Shown here: positions 1-10,106 of the stretch, one piece after another
Layout of the letters: the number at the start of each line of letters is the position of its first letter
Numbering within the stretch: position 1 is the stretch's first letter
DNA from: an uncultured Psychrosphaera sp.
Lineage (GTDB): Bacteria > Pseudomonadota > Gammaproteobacteria > Enterobacterales > Alteromonadaceae
Assembly: GCA_963925625.1 (NCBI GenBank)
Contig: CAWUUQ010000043.1
Location: 1-40,932 of the forward strand
DNA: 40,932 bases
Direction: 5' to 3'
The notes under the pieces: generated by a model
What the model saw: only the letters and a program-made list of their open reading frames with translations
Told to the model about the DNA's origin: nothing
Databases searched by the model: none
Translations under genes and position numbers: made by a program

Positions 1-885
1 CCAGCACGTATCGCGGTTATTGATAGAGATTTTGATGGAAAAGTAGATCATATGTATTTCGGTGATATGGGCGGAAGTCTATTCAGAGTAGATATATATA
101 ACGGTCAGCCATTAAATAAGTTATTAAATGGCAAGAAAATTTACACGACTTCAGAGATCCTCTCTAAAGCTAAAAACCGTCGTTATTATTACGCACCTGA
201 TGTAGCGGAAATTGTATTCAAAGGTGAGCATTATTATGCAGTCACCATTGGCTCAGGATACAGAGCCCACCCTTTAAATGAAGATATAGAAGACTCTGTT
301 GTGATGCTAAAAGATAAAGGTGTTTTTGCGAAGGTCGATGGTCTTTATACTTTCCCAACGCTGTCAAATATTGCACAAATTTCACCTAGTTCACCTTCTG
401 TAACAAACATGCCTTCGTACGATGGTTATGAATTTAACTTAAGTAAAGGTGAGAAAGTTATTACGGGTGTTTCTGTTATTAATAGTAAGTTAGTGTTTTC
501 AAGTTATGATCCTAGCTCTGCTGGTTTGGTTGAAAACAGTTGTTCTGCAGCTCAAGGTGGCGGTCGTATCTACGTTATAGACTTATTAGATGGAAGTGCA
601 TTACTCGATAATGATGGCGACGGTGACATTGATTATGATGACACTTATGTGAAACTCGATAAATCGGGTATCCCTGCGGAACCAAGGCTGATAATTACTG
701 ACCCTGATGCGCCGACATTATGTATTGGTACAGAATGTGCTGATACGATTGAGTCTGATGACGATGCTAATAATAAGTTTAAGTCGTTATTGGCGAAGAT
801 ATCGGGTGCAAAAAGTAATATGAATCAAATCTTCACTAATTCATGGTCAACAGAGATTGAACCAACAACTAAGGATGACAACTAA
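1..885 (+). CDS. pilY1: Type IV pilus tip adhesin PilY1/PilC, C-terminal beta-propeller part (5'-truncated by the window)
   Basis: Frame open from base 1 (PARIAVIDRDFDGKVDHMYFGDMGGSLFRVD); Ca-binding DxDxDG loops, 'GSGYRAHP' and 'GGGRIYVIDLLDG' motifs; directly upstream of a pilin gene. Confidence 0.88.
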   Translation, partial: PARIAVIDRDFDGKVDHMYFGDMGGSLFRVDIYNGQPLNKLLNGKKIYTTSEILSKAKNRRYYYAPDVAEIVFKGEHYYAVTIGSGYRAHPLNEDIEDSVVMLKDKGVFAKVDGLYTFPTLSNIAQISPSSPSVTNMPSYDGYEFNLSKGEKVITGVSVINSKLVFSSYDPSSAGLVENSCSAAQGGGRIYVIDLLDGSALLDNDGDGDIDYDDTYVKLDKSGIPAEPRLIITDPDAPTLCIGTECADTIESDDDANNKFKSLLAKISGAKSNMNQIFTNSWSTEIEPTTKDDN

Positions 886-1367
886 TGCGAAGTATATCAA
901 TACGAGGTTTTACTTTAATCGAAATGTTAATAACCTTGGCGATAATAGGTATTTTGGCATCTGTTATTTATCCTTCGTACACCCGTTACGTTGTCAGTTC
1001 TCATCGAGCTCAAGCTCAAGCTGATATGTTAGGCTTTGCTACAGCGATGGAACGACACAAGTCCACAACTTTTAGTTACGAAGATGCCGCAGGTACACAG
1101 TCGTCGCCAACCGACACTGGAGCACCTTGGGTATTTCCTGCTTATTCTCCGGCCGATAAGCCTGAGGCTAACAAAAAGTATAACTTCACTATTGAAAGCG
1201 TAACGAATAATGGTCGTTCATACGAGATTAGAGCTGTTTCTGTTATTACAGATACCTCTGATCCAATGCATGACGGAATGATGAGTGTGTTTTCTGATGG
1301 CCGCAAAGCATATGATACGAACAAAGATGGAAATTATGCAGCTGATGAATTTTGTTGGAATTGCTAA
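885..1367 (+). CDS. pilE: Type IV minor pilin PilE
   Basis: Prepilin motif G|FTLIEMLITLAIIGIL, then 'YPSYTRYV..SHRAQAQADML'; start overlaps the pilY1 stop. Confidence 0.88.
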   Translation: MRSISIRGFTLIEMLITLAIIGILASVIYPSYTRYVVSSHRAQAQADMLGFATAMERHKSTTFSYEDAAGTQSSPTDTGAPWVFPAYSPADKPEANKKYNFTIESVTNNGRSYEIRAVSVITDTSDPMHDGMMSVFSDGRKAYDTNKDGNYAADEFCWNC

Positions 1368-1922
1368 TTGATGAATAATCCAACGATGAATTATAGTCTG
1401 GCTAAACAAAAAAAAACGTCTGGTTTTACATTGGTAGAAGTGCTAATTACGCTAGCGCTATTTGCTATTATCACAACGTCTGTAGCGCCGTCTCTGGGTA
1501 ATTTCTATAAACAGAATAAAGTGGCCGCCATCGTAAATAATATAAGCTCAGCTTTGCAGCTTGCCCGTCATACCGCCATTTCACAAAATGTGTTTGTTGT
1601 TGTATGCCCAACTAAAGATATGATCAATTGTTCAGCTGATTGGAACGATACAAAAATGATATTTGTAGATGAAGATGCTGATGATGTTTATGACGCTAAT
1701 GAAGAAATTATTGGTACAGCCGATTTGGTTAAAGACTATAAAATTAAATCAAATCGTAATTTATTACGTTTTGCTCCCGTTAATACTGCACAAACAGTCA
1801 ATGCGACTATAAAGATTTGCCCGACAGACGAAAATAATTCATTCACTCGGGCGTTAGTATTGTCGAATGTTGGTCGAGTTCGAATTGAACGAGACCCTGC
1901 TACAATTAACTGTGCGGCTTAA
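1368..1922 (+). CDS. fimT: FimT/GspH family minor pilin
   Basis: G|[10 protein letters not shown]; '[14 protein letters not shown]', C-terminal 'LSNVGRVR'; real start may be a downstream ATG. Confidence 0.8.
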   Translation: MMNNPTMNYSLAKQKKTSGFTLVEVLITLALFAIITTSVAPSLGNFYKQNKVAAIVNNISSALQLARHTAISQNVFVVVCPTKDMINCSADWNDTKMIFVDEDADDVYDANEEIIGTADLVKDYKIKSNRNLLRFAPVNTAQTVNATIKICPTDENNSFTRALVLSNVGRVRIERDPATINCAA

Positions 1923-2755
1923 TCATAGATTGTCGGAATAGGCTTGCGCTTATGTTGAGTTGCATTAAAAATTTCAACTAAGCGCTTTTCAGTTTCAACT
2001 TCAATTTTTTTACCTTCCAAAAAGTCATCAATTTGTTGATAGCTTATCCCCAACGCATCTTCGTCCTTTTTGCCTGGTTCAAGTTCCTCAAGGTCTGCTG
2101 TAGGTGCTTTATTAACAAGCAGGTCTGGTGCACCAAGGTAAGCAGCTAAAGCTCGAACTTGTCGCTTATTTAAACCAAATAATGGAATGAGATCACAGGC
2201 GCCATCGCCCCATTTCGTATAAAAACCCGTTAAATTTTCAGCTGAGTGATCTGTCCCTAATACCAAACCGCCCAATAGACCTGCAATTTCATACTGAGCG
2301 ACCATACGTGCTCTGGCTTTTACATTACCTTTTACAAAATCAACTTTGGCAGTCGCTAAATCTTTACTCAATGAGACAGGTAATGCACTTAAAACCTGAT
2401 TATGAATTCCATTAACACCCGTCTCTACATTGACAGTAACGACATGACTTGGCTGAATAAATGATATAGCCATTTGAGCATCTTCTTCATCGGCTTGAAT
2501 GCCGTAAGGTAAGCGCACTGCGATAAACTGATAAGGGTCTGCAGCCTGACTTTGTTCATTTAGCTCATTGACGGCTAGTTGAGCTAACCGACCACAGGTT
2601 GATGAATCCACTCCGCCACTTATACCTAAAACAAGTGTTTTGGACCCAGATTGAATCAGCGTTTTTTTTATAAAATCGACTCGGGTCTTTATTTCGAAAG
2701 CAACATTTATGTCAGGTTGTACTTTCATCTCTGTACGAATTTGGTTTGCATTCAT
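1919..2755 (-). CDS. nadE: NH3-dependent NAD+ synthetase (no glutaminase domain)
   Basis: [11 protein letters not shown]-loop, [27 protein letters not shown]; 278 aa. Confidence 0.97.
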   Translation of the reverse strand: MNANQIRTEMKVQPDINVAFEIKTRVDFIKKTLIQSGSKTLVLGISGGVDSSTCGRLAQLAVNELNEQSQAADPYQFIAVRLPYGIQADEEDAQMAISFIQPSHVVTVNVETGVNGIHNQVLSALPVSLSKDLATAKVDFVKGNVKARARMVAQYEIAGLLGGLVLGTDHSAENLTGFYTKWGDGACDLIPLFGLNKRQVRALAAYLGAPDLLVNKAPTADLEELEPGKKDEDALGISYQQIDDFLEGKKIEVETEKRLVEIFNATQHKRKPIPTIYD

Positions 2756-2802
2756 AGATTTAAAACTTCTCTTGTTAAGCGTGTCAGCGTATTCTATGTT
2801 AA

Positions 2803-3186
<384 letters not shown>

Positions 3187-3212
3187 CTTTACTCATTAAG
3201 CTTAAAGTAAGT

Positions 3213-3246
3213 AAGCCCGAGACTCAAAGATGGCTCGGGCTTTTTT
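3213..3246 (+). terminator. Rho-independent terminator after glnB (between convergent glnB and ibpA)
   Basis: AAGCCCGAG...CTCGGGC followed by T6. Confidence 0.85.
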
Positions 3247-3284
3247 GTGGCATTAATTAAACAAAAAATCAGGGAGGGAGTTGA

Positions 3285-3722
3285 TTATTGTTCGATTAGT
3301 TTATTTTTGCCAATGGAAATTTTTCTTGGTTTTAGTGCTTCCGGAATTTCGCGCTCAAGATTAATGTGCAATAAACCATTTTCCATTTGAGCATCAAGCA
3401 CTTTGATGTAATCACCTAGCTGAAAACGACGTTCAAAGTTGCGCTCAGCAATGCCTTGGTAAAGGTACTTTTTACCTTCTTCAACATTTGTTTTAACACC
3501 TTTAACAACCAACGTGTTATTTTCTGACTGTATTTCTAGTTCTGATTCCTCAAAACCAGCGACGGCCATGGTGATGCGGTATTTGTCATCAGCAATCGAT
3601 TCTATATTATATGGTGGATAACCTGCGTTTTTATCGCTGCGATTAGCGGCATCCATTAATGAAGCTAAATGATCAAAACCAATAAATGAACGGTAAAGTG
3701 GAGATAAATCTACGTTTCTCAT
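3285..3722 (-). CDS. ibpA: Small heat-shock protein (Hsp20, IbpA family)
   Basis: MRNVDLSPLYRSFIGFD, YPPYNIE, YQGIAERNFERRF, MENGLLHINL; start moved to 3722 (SD AAGGA). Confidence 0.95.
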   Translation of the reverse strand: MRNVDLSPLYRSFIGFDHLASLMDAANRSDKNAGYPPYNIESIADDKYRITMAVAGFEESELEIQSENNTLVVKGVKTNVEEGKKYLYQGIAERNFERRFQLGDYIKVLDAQMENGLLHINLEREIPEALKPRKISIGKNKLIEQ

Positions 3723-3800
3723 ATTTCTTATCCTTTTTCTTAAGCAATAAGTTAAATTAAAATTAGAGCGAGGAGACCCCGAAGGCATCTCCATTAAGCT
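3720..3800 (-). promoter_or_regulatory. ROSE-type RNA thermometer in the ibpA 5' UTR
   Basis: 5' hairpin GGAGAUGCC-UUCG-GGGUCUCC; SD hairpin CUUAUUGCUU...AAGGAUAAG with the U(U/C)GCU motif and a bulged G. Confidence 0.8.
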
Positions 3801-3809
3801 CACAACTTA

Positions 3810-3835
3810 AGTAAGGACAAATAAATGGTTTTCAA
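3810..3835 (-). promoter_or_regulatory. Sigma32 (RpoH) promoter of ibpA
   Basis: TTGAAA-N13-CCTTACT (consensus TTGAAA-N13/14-CCCCAT). Confidence 0.65.
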
Positions 3836-3909
3836 TATGTTATTTGGAAATAAAATTTATCTAATTGATATTATTCAATTTATTCTAGTCTGTTTCCAAA
3901 GCTCAAACG

Positions 3910-4572
3910 TTACTTAACTGGGTTAACTGTAGCCGTTGGCATAGATTCAGTTGCGTCAGCGCTTAATTCGCTGGCCGGCAATTGCTCAGAAATACCCTTT
4001 AATGCAATTAATGCGGAGTCATAATCAGGCTGTTCAGAAAGGTCACTAACAATTTCCTTATAAATAACTTTATTATCAGGACTAATCACAAAAATAGCTC
4101 TAGCCAACAACCCCATGTCTTTAATTAAGAGGCCGTAATTCATACCAAAATCACGCCATACAGAATCAGACAAAGTCATTAGCTTATCAATGTGCTCTGC
4201 TTGGCAAAATCGTTTCTGTGCGAATGGTAAATCGGTACTGATGGTTAACATCACAACATCTTGAGGTAGATTTTCAACTTCGTCATTGAAGCGCTTGGTT
4301 TGTAAACTGCATATTCCTGTATCTAAACTTGGTACCACACTTATAAGCAAAGGCTTACCAGTAAAGTCTTGCAGTGTCTTAACTTTAAATTTGTCGTTAA
4401 CGACCTTAAAGTTTGGTGCAGTATCTCCTAAGCTTACTTTGTTGCCTAAAAGAGCGACCGCTTTGCCATTTGCTTTAACAGCGTCAAAATGTACAGGCAG
4501 GTTTTTTTGAATGTCATAAGCTAAACTTAAAGACGACATAAATATTAATGATGATGCTAAGATTTTCTTCAT
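3910..4572 (-). CDS. tpx: Thiol peroxidase (atypical 2-Cys Tpx) with N-terminal signal peptide
   Basis: VPSLDTGICSLQTKRF, DLPFAQKRFC, GLLARAIFV; MKKILASSLIFMSSLSLA leader. Confidence 0.9.
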   Translation of the reverse strand: MKKILASSLIFMSSLSLAYDIQKNLPVHFDAVKANGKAVALLGNKVSLGDTAPNFKVVNDKFKVKTLQDFTGKPLLISVVPSLDTGICSLQTKRFNDEVENLPQDVVMLTISTDLPFAQKRFCQAEHIDKLMTLSDSVWRDFGMNYGLLIKDMGLLARAIFVISPDNKVIYKEIVSDLSEQPDYDSALIALKGISEQLPASELSADATESMPTATVNPVK

Positions 4573-4709
4573 AAAATTTACCAACTAGATGAGAAATAAA
4601 ATAATTTACTAGATACTATTGTCAACTAACTGCTATAGTTTTTCTATAAACATTTTACGATTATTGTATTAAGCCAAACTTTGTCAATTAATAGGCCTAA
4701 ATTTAGATT

Positions 4710-5714
4710 ATGAAAACGTCTGTAGTCATTTGTGATGACTCTAACTTAGCCAGAAAACAAATGGCACGATCATTACCGGATGACTGGGAAGTAGAGATTA
4801 CTTTCGCAGTTAATGGTGAAGACGCGTTAGATAAATTAAGAAAAGGGATCGGTGATGTACTTTTTCTCGATTTGAATATGCCAATTCTTGATGGTTATGG
4901 TGTTTTAGAAGCCATTAAAAACGAGGGCATTTCGGTGCTTACTATCGTTGTTTCTGGTGACATTCAAGCTGAAGCTCATGAACGAGTGAAAAGCCTAGGT
5001 GCGTTAGATTTTATCAAAAAACCAATTGATAAAACAAAGCTGCAAGCGCTACTCACCAAATACGGCGTAAATAGTGAATCGGATTTAACAAAACATAAAT
5101 CGCCTGTTGAGACTCTTCTCGACGATGAGACCCGTGACATTCTGCAAGAAGTAACAAATGTTGCAATGGGCCAAGCAGGCAGTTTATTAGCAAAAGTATT
5201 AAACGTATTTGTAAGACTGCCCATCCCCAATGTAAACATTTTAGAAGTTAGTGAATTGGCCATGGCTTTGCAGTCCGTTGAATCAAATTCTACTACGTCT
5301 GGTGTTTGTCAGGGTTTTATAAGTGGTGGTGTTGCTGGCGAAGCCTTGTTGATTTTAAGTGACTCTGGTTTTAAAGATATTGCTCGATTGTTAAATTACC
5401 AAGGTGAAATTAACGAACGGGCAGAACTAGAATTATTAATGGACATTGCCAACATCTTGATTGGTTCTGTGTTAAAAGGTTTGTCAGAACAACTAGACCT
5501 AAATTTCAGTCAAGGTCATCCGGTTGTTTTGGGTCAACATTGTAATGTTTCAGAGTTAATTTATACAAACTCAACACATTGGCGTAAAACGTTAACGGTT
5601 GAAATAAGCTACGGCCTCGAAGGCTTTGATGTTACTTGTGATTTGTTGTTGTTAATCACAGAAGACTCAATACCTACTTTACGAAAAAAACTTAATTTTT
5701 TATTTGACGTGTAA
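4710..5714 (+). CDS. Response regulator: REC domain plus CheC-like phosphatase domain
   Basis: CDDS, FLDLNMP, VVSG and FIKKP receiver residues; 'QEVTNVAMG' and 'MDIANILIG' CheC-type motifs. Confidence 0.85.
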   Translation: MKTSVVICDDSNLARKQMARSLPDDWEVEITFAVNGEDALDKLRKGIGDVLFLDLNMPILDGYGVLEAIKNEGISVLTIVVSGDIQAEAHERVKSLGALDFIKKPIDKTKLQALLTKYGVNSESDLTKHKSPVETLLDDETRDILQEVTNVAMGQAGSLLAKVLNVFVRLPIPNVNILEVSELAMALQSVESNSTTSGVCQGFISGGVAGEALLILSDSGFKDIARLLNYQGEINERAELELLMDIANILIGSVLKGLSEQLDLNFSQGHPVVLGQHCNVSELIYTNSTHWRKTLTVEISYGLEGFDVTCDLLLLITEDSIPTLRKKLNFLFDV

Positions 5715-5716
5715 AT

Positions 5717-6685
5717 ATGAGCGAATTAGCAAATATAGAAGTTTCTGAAATTCACTGGTTAATGGACATGTTTCAGTCCGTTGATGTTGGGTTAGTTGTT
5801 CTTGATAATGACTATCAAATTCAAGTGTGGAATGGCTTTATGGAAAATCATAGTGGCCGCAGTCCTTTTGAAGTTAGAGGTCAGTCTTTGTTTAAGGCAT
5901 TTCCCGAACTTGATGAAACTTGGTTAAGGCAAAAAACTGATCCGGTTTTTGTGTTGCAAAACAGAGCCTTTACTATTTGGGAGCAAACTCCGCATATATT
6001 TAAGTTCAAAAATTATCGTCCTATTACTAGCGTCGCTCCATTTATGTATCAGAACGCGACGTTTATTCCACTTACTAATACCCAAGGTGAAGTTACTCAT
6101 ATATGCGTGATTATCTATGATGTAACGGATGTAGCGGTTTCTAAACTTGAGTTAGAAGAAGTAAATACAGAGCTTAAAAGGTTAAGTCAAACAGACCGAT
6201 TAACAAACCTTAATAATCGTGGTTTTTGGGAAGAGTGTCTTAAAAAAGAATTTCAACGACAGCGTCGGACTAAAAATATCAGTTCGTTATTAATTTTTGA
6301 CATTGATCATTTTAAGCAAGTTAATGATAACTATGGCCATGCCGCAGGCGACGAAGCTATTTTGCATCTAGCAAAAATAATGAAAAAGAACTTGCGTGAG
6401 ACTGATGTAGGCGGGCGTTATGGCGGTGAAGAGTTTGCCGTTATTTTACCTGAAACGGATGCTAGGCACGGTTCCATTTTTGCGGAACGATTACGTCGAT
6501 TAGTTGAAGCTTCAATGGTGGTATTTAACGAAGTTGAAATTAAGTTTACTGTAAGCTTAGGCATTGCCGAATTTCATGAAGATTTCACATCGCATCAGAA
6601 ATGGATAGAAGCGGCGGATAGTGCGCTATATGTGGCAAAAAGCAATGGCCGTAACCAGGTTCGCACTTATACCCACAAAACATAG
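5717..6685 (+). CDS. PAS-GGDEF diguanylate cyclase
   Basis: N-terminal PAS (VGLVVLD..WNGFME); DIDHFKQVNDNYGHAAGD; RETD I-site; GGEEF. Confidence 0.92.
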   Translation: MSELANIEVSEIHWLMDMFQSVDVGLVVLDNDYQIQVWNGFMENHSGRSPFEVRGQSLFKAFPELDETWLRQKTDPVFVLQNRAFTIWEQTPHIFKFKNYRPITSVAPFMYQNATFIPLTNTQGEVTHICVIIYDVTDVAVSKLELEEVNTELKRLSQTDRLTNLNNRGFWEECLKKEFQRQRRTKNISSLLIFDIDHFKQVNDNYGHAAGDEAILHLAKIMKKNLRETDVGGRYGGEEFAVILPETDARHGSIFAERLRRLVEASMVVFNEVEIKFTVSLGIAEFHEDFTSHQKWIEAADSALYVAKSNGRNQVRTYTHKT

Positions 6686-6729
6686 TGCACTTAACGAATA
6701 TTATAGGTGAGTACATATTGCTAACCGAC

Positions 6730-6755
6730 AAAAAAGGCTACCATGGTAGCCTTTT
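6730..6755. terminator. Bidirectional terminator between the DGC and hisIE
   Basis: A6-GGCTACC-AT-GGTAGCC-T4. Confidence 0.85.
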
Positions 6756-6785
6756 ATTTTAATAAAACGAATAAATCACAAAGTT

Positions 6786-7421
6786 TTATTTTGCGTGACG
6801 TTTTTTAAGCACATCAATGACATCATTAAGCGACAAATCACTCGCTTGCAACAGCACCAACAGATGGTACAACAAGTCCGCGCTTTCATTCTTTAACTCG
6901 TCTAAATCTTTTACTGTGGCTGCTAAGGCAGTTTCAACACCTTCTTCACCCACTTTCTGAGCTATTCGTTTGATGCCACTTGCATACAGCGAGGCCGTAT
7001 ATGAAGAGTCTGCATCTGCGCCTTTACGACTTGCAATTACACGCTCTAAATCAGCAACAAATCCAACAGAAGGTGTTGCTTCAATATCGCTCCAACAGCT
7101 CTCAGTGCCCTTGTGACACGTTGGGCCATTTGGATTAGCCAATATCAGAATACTGTCATTATCACAGTCTACATGAGCGCTTACGAGTTCCAATGTGTTA
7201 TTTGACGTCTCACCTTTAGTCCATAATCGCTGCTTGCTGCGGCTAAAGAAAGTCACAAGACCTTTTTCAAAAGTTGCGATTAGTGCAGCTTGATTCATGT
7301 AGCCTTGCATTAATACCGTGCCGCTTGTTGCATCTTGAACAATAGCTGGGATTAAATCTGCCGTTTGGTCAGCCATTTTTTGCCAATCTACTTGGCCAAT
7401 GTTTTCAATTGTTAACTTCAT
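6786..7421 (-). CDS. hisI: Bifunctional phosphoribosyl-AMP cyclohydrolase / phosphoribosyl-ATP pyrophosphatase
   Basis: [45 protein letters not shown]. Confidence 0.97.
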   Translation of the reverse strand: MKLTIENIGQVDWQKMADQTADLIPAIVQDATSGTVLMQGYMNQAALIATFEKGLVTFFSRSKQRLWTKGETSNNTLELVSAHVDCDNDSILILANPNGPTCHKGTESCWSDIEATPSVGFVADLERVIASRKGADADSSYTASLYASGIKRIAQKVGEEGVETALAATVKDLDELKNESADLLYHLLVLLQASDLSLNDVIDVLKKRHAK

Positions 7422-7428
7422 AATATTC

Positions 7429-9159
7429 CTAGGCGTTAATTTGTTTAATTACAAAGTCAACGGCTTCATCAACAGACAGTAGTTCTTTGTCACCGGTATG
7501 GCGGTTTTTATATTCGATTTGATTGTTGTCCAAATTACGCTCACCAATCACAATTTGATGCGGTATGCCCATCAACTCCATATCGTTAAACATAACGCCA
7601 GGACGTTCTTTACGATTGTCGAATAATACTTCAATACCTGCTGCCTTAAGTTTGTCATAAACTTCTTCAGCAACGCCTGGTATACGGTGAGACTTGTGCA
7701 TATTCATTGGTACAATAGCAACGCTAAATGGCGCTAAAGCCGCTGGCCATTTTATGCCAAATTTATCGTGGTTTTGTTCAATAGCTGAAGCAACAATACG
7801 AGTAATACCAATGCCATAACAGCCCATTTCAAGAACTTGATGCTTGCCGGTTTCAGTTAATACTCCGGCGTTCATAGCCTTAGAGTATTTAGTACCCAGT
7901 TGGAAAATGTGACCCACTTCAATACCACGTTTGATAGTAAGTGTTCCTTTACCACACGGGCTAGCATCACCTTCAACAACATTGCGTAAATCAGCCACTT
8001 CGCCTAATTCAACGTCACGTGACCAGTTAACACCAAAGTAATGTTTGCCTTCCTGATTTGCACCAACAGCAAAGTCTGATGTAACCGCAGCAGTGCGATC
8101 GACGATCACAGGAATAGGAGAATTGACAGGTCCGAGTGAACCAGGTCCTGCGCCCATTAGTTTTTTAATCTCTTCTTCGGTGGCCATTGTTAATGGCTCG
8201 TGAACTTGCTGGAGGTTTTCAGCTTTAATTTCGTTTAATTCATGATCGCCACGTAAAACAAGGGCAACAAACTCACTCTCAACTTCACTCGACGCTTTAA
8301 CGATTAATGTTTTTAATGTGTTCTCAATTACAACATTCAAACCGTCGAATGTACCTTCAACAAGTGCTGCGATTGTTTTTGTATTTGGCGTCTCAACTAA
8401 TGTCATTTCCATTGCTGGTGCGTCTGCAGCGTCTTTAAGTGCTACAGCTTCTGCTTTTTCAACATTCGCTGCATATTGGCTCTCTGTTGAGAACGCAATG
8501 GCATCTTCACCAGACTCAGCTAAAACATGAAATTCATGAGAAGCATCGCCACCGATTGAACCGGTATCAGCTAATACAGGGCGGTAATCAAAGCCTAAAC
8601 GTTCAAAAATATTACAATAGGCTTGATGCATACGATCATAGGTATTTTGTAAACACTCTTGCGTTAAGTGAAACGAGTATGCGTCTTTCATGATGAACTC
8701 ACGAGAGCGCATAACGCCAAAACGAGGACGAACTTCGTCACGGAATTTAGTTTGAATTTGGTACAGGTTTATTGGCAATTGCTTGTAACTGTTAATCTCT
8801 TTGCGTACAAATTCAGTCACAACTTCTTCATGAGTTGGGCCCAAAGCAAAATCACGATTATGTCGGTCTTTAATGCGCAGCAGTTCCGGACCATACTCTT
8901 GCCAACGACCAGATTCTTCCCATAAATCTGCAGGTTGAACGACAGGCATCAACATTTCAATGGCACCGGCTTTTTCTAGTTCATCACGAACCACCTGTTC
9001 AACTTTACGAACCACTTTAAGACCCGTTGGTAACCATGTGTATAAACCCGATGCTAACTTGCGGATCATGCCGGCACGTAACATTAGCTGATGACTGATT
9101 ACTTCCGCATCTGACGGAGTTTCTTTTAATGTTGCGATAATATAATCACTAGTACGCAT
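7429..9159 (-). CDS. proS: Proline--tRNA ligase
   Basis: [54 protein letters not shown]. Confidence 0.98.
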   Translation of the reverse strand: MRTSDYIIATLKETPSDAEVISHQLMLRAGMIRKLASGLYTWLPTGLKVVRKVEQVVRDELEKAGAIEMLMPVVQPADLWEESGRWQEYGPELLRIKDRHNRDFALGPTHEEVVTEFVRKEINSYKQLPINLYQIQTKFRDEVRPRFGVMRSREFIMKDAYSFHLTQECLQNTYDRMHQAYCNIFERLGFDYRPVLADTGSIGGDASHEFHVLAESGEDAIAFSTESQYAANVEKAEAVALKDAADAPAMEMTLVETPNTKTIAALVEGTFDGLNVVIENTLKTLIVKASSEVESEFVALVLRGDHELNEIKAENLQQVHEPLTMATEEEIKKLMGAGPGSLGPVNSPIPVIVDRTAAVTSDFAVGANQEGKHYFGVNWSRDVELGEVADLRNVVEGDASPCGKGTLTIKRGIEVGHIFQLGTKYSKAMNAGVLTETGKHQVLEMGCYGIGITRIVASAIEQNHDKFGIKWPAALAPFSVAIVPMNMHKSHRIPGVAEEVYDKLKAAGIEVLFDNRKERPGVMFNDMELMGIPHQIVIGERNLDNNQIEYKNRHTGDKELLSVDEAVDFVIKQINA

Positions 9160-9281
9160 TGGATTCTGCTCTCGTATTAAATTTACTTAATTAGTTGCCA
9201 CAAAAATGGGCTAGAATGGCGAAGGATTCTAGCAATCAAATGCATCGGATTAAATAACTAATAACAAATAAAGGCGAATTA

Positions 9282-10085
9282 ATGGTTGTCTGCCAGGTTA
9301 AATTTCATTGTCAGCGAGAAATCTCATTGGAACAGGCTCAAATCCTTATAACGGAATTGTTAGATGAGCTTAGATATAATGGTCAAATTATAGGTCGTGA
9401 ATTTGCTCTGACGTTGAACAATCAGGCTTTTGTATGCCATTTGGTTTGTCCTGAAATGGACTCAATGCAGGAAAAACACTTTACTCCTGATATCGTAGAA
9501 ATTATTGAAGAACTTAACGACGCTGGTATCGAAGGGCCCTTTACTGAAGTTACCGGCTTAGAGAGTCAATCTGACTTTACCGATACATGTGCAGAGCCTA
9601 AAGGTTATATACTTTATTCTACCTTTGTACAGTCTTGTTCACCTATTAGATGCCTAGAGCACTTTATGCCTATTCCGTTATATAAGTTACCGGAAATGGT
9701 GCGTAAGCCTTTAATAAAATGGCAAGAAAGCCATGCCGCTTGTGATCAATTACAGATGAATGAAATGACCGATATTGAAGCCATGATGGTTGAGCAGCTG
9801 TCGGCACCAGCAAGTCAATTGTCAAGTCAGGGGCGTGATTTACTGGATCAAATTGAAATGGTATCGGGCAAGCCTGGTTTTCAGTATTTGTATCGAGTCG
9901 GTGGTGAAAGTTTAGCGTCGGAACAAACGAGGTTCTGTCCTAGTTGTGATAAAGAGTGGCGTTATCAAATTAAATCTTCGACAAAAGCTGCAAAACACGA
10001 GCAGTCGTTACCACTCTTTGGTTTGTTCGACTTTAAATGTGATGACTGTAAACTGCTATCAAACATTAGTTGGGACTTTCAATAG
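9282..10085 (+). CDS. DUF2310 family Zn-ribbon-containing protein
   Basis: 'LRYNGQIIGRE', 'CDQLQM', 'YLYRVGG', CPSC and CDDC zinc ligands, C-terminal 'SNISW'. Confidence 0.8.
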   Translation: MVVCQVKFHCQREISLEQAQILITELLDELRYNGQIIGREFALTLNNQAFVCHLVCPEMDSMQEKHFTPDIVEIIEELNDAGIEGPFTEVTGLESQSDFTDTCAEPKGYILYSTFVQSCSPIRCLEHFMPIPLYKLPEMVRKPLIKWQESHAACDQLQMNEMTDIEAMMVEQLSAPASQLSSQGRDLLDQIEMVSGKPGFQYLYRVGGESLASEQTRFCPSCDKEWRYQIKSSTKAAKHEQSLPLFGLFDFKCDDCKLLSNISWDFQ

Positions 10086-10106
10086 AAATTAAAAAACCTT
10101 TGATAT

